DNA of 64,000 nt, taken from Candidatus Kryptoniota bacterium. Lineage in GTDB: Bacteria; Bacteroidota; Ignavibacteria; Kryptoniales; JAKASW01. The notes under the pieces are model-generated. The model searched no databases. It saw nothing but the letters and a program-made list of their open reading frames with translations, and was not told the DNA's origin. Shown here piece by piece: positions 47,150 through 56,233 of the stretch. The position numbers were made by a program, and so were the translations under genes. Position 1 is the first letter of the stretch; each line of letters starts with the position of its first letter. Location: positions 15,759 to 79,758 of the forward strand of contig JBJKPC010000054.1 of the NCBI GenBank assembly GCA_046706745.1, read 5' to 3'.

Positions 47150-48194
47150 GTTCGAGTGATATCCGGTGAGTGTCGCCGAGGGATCCCGCGTATGCAAACC
47201 GCGCAAACGAGTAGTCTATTTCGAGTTTAGGCAGGCGAATCCCTGCGCCGACGGTGAACTGTTTCACTTCATTATATCCGGCACGGATCGCGATAACATT
47301 CTTGTAACTGATCTCACCACCCATCCGGAGGTCGGCACTGAAGGGGCCCAGATGCACTGTCGACGAAGCTCCCAGATTGTCGGCATTGAAAATAAGATCG
47401 AGTGCCGGCCTGAACGTGACCGGGCCGATGTCCAGCGCATAGCTTGCCCCTGTCGCAAGGGTGGGCGGCGCAAGTTCCGTCGTACCGTCCGTCCACGCGA
47501 CCACAGTGGTCGTTGCATTTTGAAGATCGGCGCCGAGATTGAATTTTCTGAAGGGGCTGTAAAGCGCGCCGACGTCAAACCCGATCCCGGTTCCGTAGAC
47601 GGAGCCGATACTTCGGCGGATGAACTTGACGTTCGCCCCGTATGAAAAGGCGTCGGTTACGCGTTTAGCGTAACTGCCGATCAATGCAATGTCGGTTGCG
47701 CTGAAGAAGGTTATTTTAGAATAGTCGAGTCGACCGAGATTGCCGGTGTAATTGTCCGACGGGGGGATCGGGTTTCCATTGGCATCTATGCCGGCAAGCT
47801 GAGTATTCGGAATACCGCTAACGTTCAGCAGAATCAGGCTGAGCCCAACCGTCTCGGTTTTAGAAAGAGAGATCGCTCCCGCACCATAGTTGAAGCTCAC
47901 GGCGCCGGCATAGCGCTCATCGTGCATGACCATTATTTCCGGATACTTTATTCGGGCTAGTCCTGCCGGGTTCCAGTACCCGGCCGTTACATCGTTTGCA
48001 ACTGCAGTGTAGGCGCTCCCCATTCCGAGTGCCCGGCCCCCGACGCCTATATTCAGAAAATCGTTCGCGTACTTTGCGAGAGTAATTCCCTGAGCGGAGG
48101 CTCGTGCCGGCAACATCGCTCCCAGGACAACTACCGATAAAGCTGCAAGAAAAAAATATCTTCTACGACTCGAGCGGCTCCGCACCGAATTCAT
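47127..48194 (-). CDS. Outer-membrane beta-barrel protein, PorV/PorQ-like family
   Basis: Signal peptide ...ARASAQ; 'NIGVGGRALGMGSAYTAVANDVTAGYWNPAGLA'; alternating beta pattern; C-terminal aromatic-rich strands. The family call is from memory only. Confidence 0.5.
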   Translation of the reverse strand: MNSVRSRSSRRRYFFLAALSVVVLGAMLPARASAQGITLAKYANDFLNIGVGGRALGMGSAYTAVANDVTAGYWNPAGLARIKYPEIMVMHDERYAGAVSFNYGAGAISLSKTETVGLSLILLNVSGIPNTQLAGIDANGNPIPPSDNYTGNLGRLDYSKITFFSATDIALIGSYAKRVTDAFSYGANVKFIRRSIGSVYGTGIGFDVGALYSPFRKFNLGADLQNATTTVVAWTDGTTELAPPTLATGASYALDIGPVTFRPALDLIFNADNLGASSTVHLGPFSADLRMGGEISYKNVIAIRAGYNEVKQFTVGAGIRLPKLEIDYSFARFAYAGSLGDTHRISLELVLGNDK

Positions 48195-49806
48195 CCTTTA
48201 AGTACTTTACTAGAGGATCGCTTGCGTCGGCCTCCGCATGCTGCTCGCCTTCGACTATGGTGAAGTCTATCGCGACCCTTGCCCCCAGCGTTTTGAGTAT
48301 AGCCTCCTGAATGTAGGACTTGTAGGGCTTTGTCATTCCGATGACGACTTCATTCGGCGCACCGAGCATCAGCCAGCCGTTCTGGACTCCCATGGGTTTC
48401 AGATTGATAAGTTGAGACCAGACGCCGATCCTTTCCTTGCGAACGGCGAGAAGCAACTCGTCCCATCTGACACTTATTTCCTGAAAAGAAGAACCGGTGG
48501 TCAGGTGAACCGGCCTCTCGGGGGTCACCGGTGAAGGGCGGGCAGTTGCACTTCTTTTCCTTTCCGGGTATACCGGGCGGATCTCTTTGACTGACGAAGT
48601 TGAAAAGCCCTCTTTTCCCCCTTGATGAATGTCCTGCCGCGTCCCGAAAGATCCTCCGCGGTCACTCAGGTTTTTTTTTAGCTCGCCGATCTCGCGAAGG
48701 AGTTCCTGAAATTTGACCGCCTTTTCCATATTCACGAGTTGAAGCAGCGTCATCTCGAGTTTGATTCTGGGCTGAGAAACATACTTTATCTGTTGGATGG
48801 ATTCACTCGTGATCTTGAGCATCCTAAGCAGGTCGATTTTGTCGAAGCCTGAAGCTGTCTCAAGATAACGCTTCCTGTAGTCCTCCGAAGCCTCGATCAA
48901 ATCGGCCTTCCCGGTGGTCGAAGCCATAAGCAAATTTCTTAAGTGTTCTGAGAGACCTTCAAGAAAATCGACAGGGTCGTAGCCTTTGGAAATCACTTGC
49001 GCGGCTAGCTCTACCGCTCCCTTCGAATCGCGGCCCGTTATGAGCTCGGTTGTCCGGAAAAAAAGCTCGCTGTCCACAAGGCTGAGGGCATTTACCACTA
49101 TTTCATGCTTCACGTGGTTTCCACAGAAGGCCGCGACCTGGTCGAATATGCTGAGCGCGTCGCGCATGGATCCGTCGCCTTTTTTGGCGATTGTCATGAA
49201 CGACTCTTCGTCGACCGAAATATTTTCCTCCCTGGCAATGAAACGCAGGCGCTCAATAATCTTTTCTATCTCAATTCTCTTGAAATCGAATCTCTGGCAC
49301 CGGGTAAGGATTGTAGGGAGAACCTTGTGAGGCTCGGTCGTGGCCAGAACGAATATCGCATGGGGCGGCGGCTCTTCGAGAGTTTTGAGAAGCGCATTGA
49401 ACGCTTCTTTGGTGAGCATGTGGACTTCGTCGATGATATAGACTTTGTATTTCAGCCGCGAGGGGGAATAGCGGACGGATTCACGCAGGTCTCTAATCTC
49501 GTCAATTCCGCGGTTCGAGGCCCCGTCGATCTCGATAACGTCGAGGCTTCGCCCCTCGGTAACTTCTTTGCACACGTCGCATTCGTTACACGGCTCTCCG
49601 TCTTTGACATTTTGACAGTTGATCGCTTTTGCAAACAAGCGAGCGGTGGTAGTCTTTCCGACGCCGCTCGGGCCGCTGAAGAGATAGGCGTGTGCGATAC
49701 GATTTCGCACAATCGCATTCTTAATGGTTACGGTGACGTGTTCCTGAGCGGTCACCTCGTCGAATCGCATCGGGCGCCATTTACGCGCGGTTACAAGATA
49801 GCTCAT
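48163..49806 (-). CDS. dnaX: DNA polymerase III subunits tau (full length) / gamma (predicted by slippage)
   Basis: 'ARKWRPMRFDEV', 'YLFSGPSGVGKTT', Zn module 'CQNVKDGEPCNECDVC', 'IIDEVHML', 'TRCQRFDF'. Confidence 0.95.
   Translation of the reverse strand: MSYLVTARKWRPMRFDEVTAQEHVTVTIKNAIVRNRIAHAYLFSGPSGVGKTTTARLFAKAINCQNVKDGEPCNECDVCKEVTEGRSLDVIEIDGASNRGIDEIRDLRESVRYSPSRLKYKVYIIDEVHMLTKEAFNALLKTLEEPPPHAIFVLATTEPHKVLPTILTRCQRFDFKRIEIEKIIERLRFIAREENISVDEESFMTIAKKGDGSMRDALSIFDQVAAFCGNHVKHEIVVNALSLVDSELFFRTTELITGRDSKGAVELAAQVISKGYDPVDFLEGLSEHLRNLLMASTTGKADLIEASEDYRKRYLETASGFDKIDLLRMLKITSESIQQIKYVSQPRIKLEMTLLQLVNMEKAVKFQELLREIGELKKNLSDRGGSFGTRQDIHQGGKEGFSTSSVKEIRPVYPERKRSATARPSPVTPERPVHLTTGSSFQEISVRWDELLLAVRKERIGVWSQLINLKPMGVQNGWLMLGAPNEVVIGMTKPYKSYIQEAILKTLGARVAIDFTIVEGEQHAEADASDPLVKYLKDEFGAEPLES
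48671..48679 (-). other. A9 slippery run inside dnaX (codons L376-K377-K378-N379)
   Basis: Minus strand: GAG CTA AAA AAA AAC CTG AGT GAC. The -1 frame reads AAA CCT GAG TGA and the +1 frame reads ACC TGA. Confidence 0.5.
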
Positions 49807-52217
49807 TTCCTTTGGCGTGGTCTCCTGCGGGCACTCACCCGGCCGGAAAACAGATGTTTTGCTGCATCTTCTATCCTGTCCAGAGGGACCACCGTAATTC
49901 CCTCTTTTATTTTATCCGGTATCTCGCTGAGGTCTTTCATGTTATCTCTAGGTATGAGGACCTTCTTAATTCCGTATCTCTTTGCGGCAAGCATCTTTTC
50001 CATCAGCCCGCCAATCGGCAAGACTTCGCCGTTCAGATTGATCTCTCCGGTCATTGCAACATCGTTACGAACCGGCTTCTTGCCGGCGGCTGAGATAAGA
50101 GCTATCGACATCGTCAGACCCGCGGAGGGCCCATCCTTCGGCGTTGCTCCTTCGGGAACATGGATATGAATTTCTTTCCCCTTTTGAAAATTCCTGGGAA
50201 TCCCGAAGTTTGCCGCGTTTGCTCTGACGTATGTAAGAGCGGCTTTCGCCGACTCCTGCATTACATTTCCCAACCTTCCAGTCAACTGTAATCTGTCCGG
50301 ACCTTCCATCAATATTGCTTCGACGTTTAGAATATCGCCACCTCCACTAGTCCACGCAAGTCCAAGAGCAACACCTACGCGCTTTTTCTTTGCGATCTGT
50401 TTCGAATGGAATTTCGGTACGCCCAGGAACTCTTCCACTTTCTTCTCATCGACGACGATGGGAGCAACTCTCTTTTTGCCGCCGTTTCCTTGTTCGACAA
50501 CCTCCCTGGCAATCTTCCTGCAAACTCCCGCGACAGCCCTTTCGAGGTTTCTGACCCCCGCTTCCCACGTGTACCCGCGAATTATTTTCATCAGCGCCGC
50601 ATCGTCGCACTTCGCGTGCTTCGTATCGATACCGTGTGCTTTCAGCTGCTTCGGAATTATGTGCCGTTTCGCTATCTCTATCTTGTCGTAGTCAAGATAG
50701 CCCGGCAGCTCTATAACCTCCATCCTGTCCTGAAGGGGCTCCGGAATATTTTCTCTTACGTTGGCCGTAGTGATAAAAAAGACCTTCGAAAGATCGTAGT
50801 CCACCTCGAGATAGTGATCTTGAAAGGAATGGTTCTGTTCGGGGTCCAGCACTTCCAGCAGCGCTGCTGCGGGATCGCCGTGAAAATCGAACGCAAGCTT
50901 ATCGACTTCGTCGAGGAGCATCAGCGGGTTGACCACCCCCGCTTTCTTCATCGCCTGGAGAATTCGGCCGGGAAGGGAGCCGACATATGTCCTCCTGTGT
51001 CCCCTTATCTCGGCTTCATCTCTTATTCCTCCGAGAGAGAGCCTCACGAATTTCCTTCCGAGTGCACGTGCGATCGACTTTGCCAGCGAGGTCTTCCCAA
51101 CTCCCGGGGGCCCAACGAAACAGATGATCTGAGAGTGCATTTCCTTGACGAGGTTCAGTACCGCTATCTGTTCGATGATCCGTTCCTTCGGCTTCTCCAG
51201 GCCATAATGATCTTCGTCCAGGATTTCCCTCACATGTTTGATATCGAGGTCGTCCTTCGTCTTCTTGTACCATGGAACGTCGAGCAGCCAGTCGAGATAA
51301 TTGCGTATCACGGTTGCTTCCGGCGAAAAGGCCTGAGTTCTTTTGAGTTTGTCCATCTCATCCATAGCCTTGGCCTTGGCCGCCTCCGGCATGTGAGCTT
51401 TTTCGATCTTCTCTTTGAGCTGGGCAAATTCACCCGACGGATTTTCATCGCCGAGCTCGTCCTGCATTATCCTGACCTGTTCCTGCAGGTAATACTTTCT
51501 CTGATTCTTCTGTATACTGTCTTGTACCTTATTGTCGATCTCTTGTTCGATTTTCAGGACATTGATCTCACCCATCAGAATCTTAATGAGCGCCTCGTAT
51601 TGCTCCTGCAGACTCTTCAGGCTGAATATGTTTATCTTTTCCTGAACCGATAGTTCTATATTTGCGAGGATGTAGTAAAACTTTCTGTCAGGCTGCTCCA
51701 TGTTGTCGAACGACATTATGGTCTCCGGAGGCAAATCCCGACTGTTGCGGACGTATTCCCGGAACAGCTGGGCGGAGTGTTTCACGTACGCATCCAATTC
51801 AAGGTTCTTCCTCAGCGAGACCACGTTCGGCACATATTCGGCTTTGACAATTCCTTTTTCCTCGTAAAATTTCTTCACGAAAGCCTGCACCACACCGTCG
51901 ACGAGTACCTTCAACAATCCATTAGGGAGTTTCAGTACCTGCAGTATTCGGGCGACCGTGCCGACTTTGTACAATTCCTCCTTCGCTGGATCCTCAACCG
52001 TGCTGTCCTTCTGAGCAATCAGGAGCACGAACTTATCAGACTTCGCAGCCTGCTCAACGGCCTCAACCGATTGTTCGCGCCCCACGAGGATCGGGAAAAG
52101 CATATATGGAAGGATAAGGGAATCGCGTAATGGAAGCACCGGAAGACGCGTCGGTATGTCTTCGATCTTGCTTATGTCTTCGACTTCTTCAATATCTTCG
52201 AAATCCTTCAAAATCAT
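49803..52217 (-). CDS. lon: ATP-dependent Lon protease
   Basis: 'LPVLPLRD', 'GPPGVGKTS', 'LDEVDK', 'PKDGPSAG' (catalytic Ser). ATGA overlap with the dnaX start. Confidence 0.95.
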   Translation of the reverse strand: MILKDFEDIEEVEDISKIEDIPTRLPVLPLRDSLILPYMLFPILVGREQSVEAVEQAAKSDKFVLLIAQKDSTVEDPAKEELYKVGTVARILQVLKLPNGLLKVLVDGVVQAFVKKFYEEKGIVKAEYVPNVVSLRKNLELDAYVKHSAQLFREYVRNSRDLPPETIMSFDNMEQPDRKFYYILANIELSVQEKINIFSLKSLQEQYEALIKILMGEINVLKIEQEIDNKVQDSIQKNQRKYYLQEQVRIMQDELGDENPSGEFAQLKEKIEKAHMPEAAKAKAMDEMDKLKRTQAFSPEATVIRNYLDWLLDVPWYKKTKDDLDIKHVREILDEDHYGLEKPKERIIEQIAVLNLVKEMHSQIICFVGPPGVGKTSLAKSIARALGRKFVRLSLGGIRDEAEIRGHRRTYVGSLPGRILQAMKKAGVVNPLMLLDEVDKLAFDFHGDPAAALLEVLDPEQNHSFQDHYLEVDYDLSKVFFITTANVRENIPEPLQDRMEVIELPGYLDYDKIEIAKRHIIPKQLKAHGIDTKHAKCDDAALMKIIRGYTWEAGVRNLERAVAGVCRKIAREVVEQGNGGKKRVAPIVVDEKKVEEFLGVPKFHSKQIAKKKRVGVALGLAWTSGGGDILNVEAILMEGPDRLQLTGRLGNVMQESAKAALTYVRANAANFGIPRNFQKGKEIHIHVPEGATPKDGPSAGLTMSIALISAAGKKPVRNDVAMTGEINLNGEVLPIGGLMEKMLAAKRYGIKKVLIPRDNMKDLSEIPDKIKEGITVVPLDRIEDAAKHLFSGRVSARRRPRQRK

Positions 52218-52465
52218 CTCCGGTTGTTAAGTGAGTTTTTGGGGATTTTCTTTGGAAAAAATATAGCAGAGTATACAGGGTTAAACAAGGTTAGCTCACG
52301 GTGGCACGTAGACCGGCTCGCCGCTTTGAACTTTCAGATGCCGCTGACTAACTTTTCCCAGGACTAATGAATCAACTTACGAGCGTTTCGCCATAAGCGA
52401 AACGTCCGGGCATGTCCCGATGCGAGTCGGGGTCCTATGGACGAGTTATAAACCAGGAGCATTAA

Positions 52466-54736
52466 ATGAAAATCCGCTTAGAAGATGCGCTTCATTACCA
52501 CTCGAGTGGTCGAAGAGGCAAAGTAGAAGTCGTACCCACGAAGCCATGCGTGACGCAGAGGGACCTTTCCCTGGCATACACGCCGGGAGTCGCTGAAGTA
52601 TGCAGGGTCATCGACAAGAACCCGGATGCGGTTTATGAGTATACCTCCAAAGGGAACCTTGTAGCGGTGCTTTCCAACGGCACCGCAGTTCTCGGGCTCG
52701 GAAACATCGGGCCGTTGGCAGGGAAACCTGTAATGGAAGGAAAAGGGGTCCTGTTCAAGAGATTTGCGGATATTGATGTGTTCGATATCGAGATAGACGC
52801 CAAAACACCGGAAGAGATTATTGCCGTCGCAAAAGCACTTGAGCCGACATTCGGCGGAATCAACCTTGAAGACATAAAGGCCCCCGACTGTTTCATCGTT
52901 GAGCAGACTCTTAAGGAGTCGATGAACATTCCGGTTTTTCACGACGATCAGCACGGGACTGCGATCATAAGTTCAGCGGCTTTGCTCAACGCCCTGGAAA
53001 TATCCGGTAGGGACATTTCAAAAGTTAAAATCGTCGTCAACGGCGCGGGCGCGGCCGCGATTGCATGCACGAAGCTCTACATCAAGCTGGGCGCAAAGAT
53101 CGAAAATGTCCTCATGTGCGACACAAAAGGAGTCATTTACAAGGACAGACCGGGCGCGATGAATCCGTACAAGGAGGAATTCGCGCGAGATACAAATGCG
53201 CGAACCTTGGCCCAGGCAATGGTCGGGGCAGACGTGTTCGTTGGATTATCCGTGGCCAACGTGGTTACGAAGGATATGGTACGTTCCATGGGAGAAAAAC
53301 CTATAGTCTTCGCTATGGCGAACCCGGATCCGGAGATCAGTTATGAGGACGCCGTGGACGCTCGGCCGGACGTGATCATGGCAACCGGCAGAAGCGATTA
53401 CCCCAACCAGGTGAACAATGTCCTGGGTTTCCCGTTCATTTTCAGAGGGGCGCTCGACGTTCGCGCGCGCAACATCAACGATGAAATGAAGATAGCCGCA
53501 GTTCACGCACTCGCACGGCTCGCAAAAGAGCCCGTTCCGGATTCGGTCAAAGTGGCGTATGGAGGCATCGATATGCAGTTCGGCAAGGACTACATCATTC
53601 CGAAGCCGTTCGACCCGAGAGTGATAACTTGGGTGGCACCTGCCGTAGCAAAAGCGGCGATCGAAACGGGAACCGCGAGAGTCAAGATTGACGACTGGGA
53701 TAAGTATGTTTTCCAGCTTGAGGAAAGGATGGGGATTACTCGGAGCGTCGTGAGGACCGCCATAACGAAGTCGCAGGGTAGCGGGATGAGGATAGTGTTC
53801 CCCGAAGGCGGCGAAGCGAAGGTGCTTCACGCCGCTCAGATCATAATCGACGAAGAAATCGCAAAACCTGTTTTGCTCGGCAAGAGATCGCAGATAGAAA
53901 TGAAGGCGCATGAGATGAAGATCGATATGGAAGGTATAGAAGTCATCGACCCTGCGAATTTCGACAAACACCAGGAATATGTGGAAGAGTTCTTCAAGAT
54001 GAGGCAGCGCAAGGGCATGACCCGGGCAGAGGCCGCGAGATATATCGAGAGACCAAACTATCTCGGAGCCATGATGGTGCACATGGGAGACGCAGACGGT
54101 CTGGTCTCCGGACTGACACAATCATATCCCAACACGATCCGACCGGCTCTTCAGGTAATCGGAATGGAAGAGAAGAGAACCAGGGTGGCAGGCTTGTATA
54201 TAGTCATGACAAAACGCGACACCTACTTTTTTGCCGACACGACGGTCAACGTCGATCCAACAGCAGATGACCTGGCCGAGATTGCGATTATGACCGCGGA
54301 AGTCGTCAGGCGCTTTAACATGGTTCCCAGGGTGGCTATGCTCTCGTTCAGCAATTTCGGGAACACGCGTCTGCCGGAGTCGGTCAAGGTACAGCAGGCA
54401 GTTGCTATCGCGCACAGACTCGACCCGACTCTCGTAATAGACGGGGAAGTACAGGCTGACGTGGCGCTGTCTGCAGACGTTCTCGAGGAAGTTTACCCAT
54501 TCTCCTCCCTGAAGAACGGCGCAAACACCTTGATATTTCCGGATTTGAATGCCGGTAACATCGCGTATAAGCTGATGGGGAAGATAGGAAATGCTGCGCT
54601 TCTTGGACCCATCCTCATGGGGATGAAGAAGCCCGTCCACGTTCTCCAACAGGGGTGCGATGTAAATGCCATAGTCAACATTGCTGCGGTATGTGCCGTC
54701 GAAGCCATCGACAAGGTCAAGAACAGCGTACATTAA
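52466..54736 (+). CDS. maeB: NADP-dependent malic enzyme with C-terminal phosphotransacetylase-like domain
   Basis: 'SLAYTPGVA', '[12 protein letters not shown]', '[11 protein letters not shown]', 'ANPDPEI', 756 aa including the PTA-like C-half. Confidence 0.9.
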   Translation: MKIRLEDALHYHSSGRRGKVEVVPTKPCVTQRDLSLAYTPGVAEVCRVIDKNPDAVYEYTSKGNLVAVLSNGTAVLGLGNIGPLAGKPVMEGKGVLFKRFADIDVFDIEIDAKTPEEIIAVAKALEPTFGGINLEDIKAPDCFIVEQTLKESMNIPVFHDDQHGTAIISSAALLNALEISGRDISKVKIVVNGAGAAAIACTKLYIKLGAKIENVLMCDTKGVIYKDRPGAMNPYKEEFARDTNARTLAQAMVGADVFVGLSVANVVTKDMVRSMGEKPIVFAMANPDPEISYEDAVDARPDVIMATGRSDYPNQVNNVLGFPFIFRGALDVRARNINDEMKIAAVHALARLAKEPVPDSVKVAYGGIDMQFGKDYIIPKPFDPRVITWVAPAVAKAAIETGTARVKIDDWDKYVFQLEERMGITRSVVRTAITKSQGSGMRIVFPEGGEAKVLHAAQIIIDEEIAKPVLLGKRSQIEMKAHEMKIDMEGIEVIDPANFDKHQEYVEEFFKMRQRKGMTRAEAARYIERPNYLGAMMVHMGDADGLVSGLTQSYPNTIRPALQVIGMEEKRTRVAGLYIVMTKRDTYFFADTTVNVDPTADDLAEIAIMTAEVVRRFNMVPRVAMLSFSNFGNTRLPESVKVQQAVAIAHRLDPTLVIDGEVQADVALSADVLEEVYPFSSLKNGANTLIFPDLNAGNIAYKLMGKIGNAALLGPILMGMKKPVHVLQQGCDVNAIVNIAAVCAVEAIDKVKNSVH

Positions 54737-54752
54737 GCACAGTGGTTATGTT

Positions 54753-54792
54753 CCGGGTGCCGTTTTATACTATTGCAGTGTACGGCACCCGG
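54753..54792. repeat. Perfect 11-bp inverted repeat (CCGGGTGCCGT / ACGGCACCCGG) with 18-nt spacer
   Basis: Seen directly, 17 nt after the maeB stop. No U-tract follows on either strand. Confidence 0.6.
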
Positions 54793-55034
54793 CGCAGCAC
54801 GTTCGCAGAAATATGGCCATCATGAAAGACGCCGGGACTGGCCCCGCTTTAGGACCAGTCGGTTGTATCGACTGAATCGTTCTTACATGCCCCACGATTG
54901 AGGGTCGGACCTTTCACCGGGAGTCTTCATGAAGTTTTAACCTACACACAGTAGAAGTACGGGAAGGATAGTGAATCATCTCAAGCTCGGTAGCAGATCT
55001 TTTAGAGGAAGTAGTGGGATGGATACCACTACGG

Positions 55035-55496
55035 TCAGTTTCCCTGTACCCGTAGTAGAGTAGCCCTGAGATCGGTTATCTCTCGTTCCTTCGTTTCGAG
55101 TTGGCTGTACAGGTCCACCAGATGATCGTAGAATTGGTCCTCGAGAAATCGCAATCCGGATATATCTTCAAGTTGAAAAACCATTTGGCGTTTGCAGTGC
55201 TTGAGCTTATACGCCCTTACTCTATAAAATCTGGCGGTTCCTTTCTGCTTCACAGTGCAAACGCTTTCTCCCCGGAGTCTGCATTCCGATACAACTCTTT
55301 GAAAGGTCCCCGAATCCTCGCCCTCGAGAAACCCTTCAACCTGTAATCTCTTTCCATACTCGAGAGTGATTGGGAGCACATCCCTTGAGGCTTGATTCGC
55401 ATAGGTGATCACCAGATTAGGTCCAGTGAGTATCAGCGGCACCCGCAGATCCTCACAAATCCTTTGAAAATCAGATATTATTTCGTTTGAGTCCAC
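55035..55496 (-). CDS. Stand-alone PAS-like sensor protein with C-terminal coiled coil
   Basis: 'PLILTGPNLVITYANQASRDVL...FYRVRAYKL...MVFQLEDISG' is PAS-like; tail 'LYSQLETKEREITDLRATLLRV'. GTG start. Confidence 0.5.
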   Translation of the reverse strand: MDSNEIISDFQRICEDLRVPLILTGPNLVITYANQASRDVLPITLEYGKRLQVEGFLEGEDSGTFQRVVSECRLRGESVCTVKQKGTARFYRVRAYKLKHCKRQMVFQLEDISGLRFLEDQFYDHLVDLYSQLETKEREITDLRATLLRVQGN

Positions 55497-55651
55497 TGTA
55501 CCACTTTATTCACTATCCATGCCGCGGAAATCTTGTCATAGAAGCATGTTTGGAGGATTCCCTGAAGCTCCTACAGGGAGGTGTTACTGCTAAGTAAATT
55601 TGGATTACGGAAACTTCTCGGTGTTTTTGAGAGGCGGGTGATACGGTGGAA

Positions 55652-56011
55652 CTAATTTCCCAGATAGTCTACTTCGACGCTGGAGACGCCGTCCAGCTGG
55701 CTGGCGGTAAATGTCTTGACTTGCCCTTCATGAAGTTTGTATTCCGCCGGTGCTCCTCCCTTCGTGTCGAGTTGCACCAACACATTACCCGGGCTTGTTA
55801 AGGTGACCGCCGGTACTACCGAGGTCCGATTAATACCGGGAACGGGAGCCGGTGATGCTTTCATCTTCGGCGAGGCAAAGCTGATCCCCGGCGCAGGAAT
55901 CACCGTCAGCCTTACCGTTGCGGTGGCTGTAACTTGTGCCTGGGTGGGAGAGGCCAAAAACAAGTACCCGATCGCTGCAAGAAATAGTGCTATGTACTTC
56001 TGGTTTCTCAT
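55652..56011 (-). CDS. Small secreted beta-rich protein, possible minor fibre subunit
   Basis: Signal peptide MRNQKYIALFLAAIGYLFLASPTQAQ. Mature 'VTATATVRLTVIPAPGISF...' ends '...SSVEVDYLGN*', resembling the termini of the two upstream subunit genes. Confidence 0.45.
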   Translation of the reverse strand: MRNQKYIALFLAAIGYLFLASPTQAQVTATATVRLTVIPAPGISFASPKMKASPAPVPGINRTSVVPAVTLTSPGNVLVQLDTKGGAPAEYKLHEGQVKTFTASQLDGVSSVEVDYLGN

Positions 56012-56233
56012 TGTCTTTGACCAATACTGATACGAAGACAATGCCAAACCTTATTTCACCCGTCAGCATGTCACACCATGCCGTAACACTCGGTAATACA
56101 ATGGGCTACCACACCATCTAGAATACGTCGGCACAAATTTGCTTCGCCGACACATGTCATTATTACCGATTTCCCGGCAGAAATACCTGCGTTTTTGAAA
56201 GGGAAATTGCCGCTTGAAAGGTGAACTCGTTGC

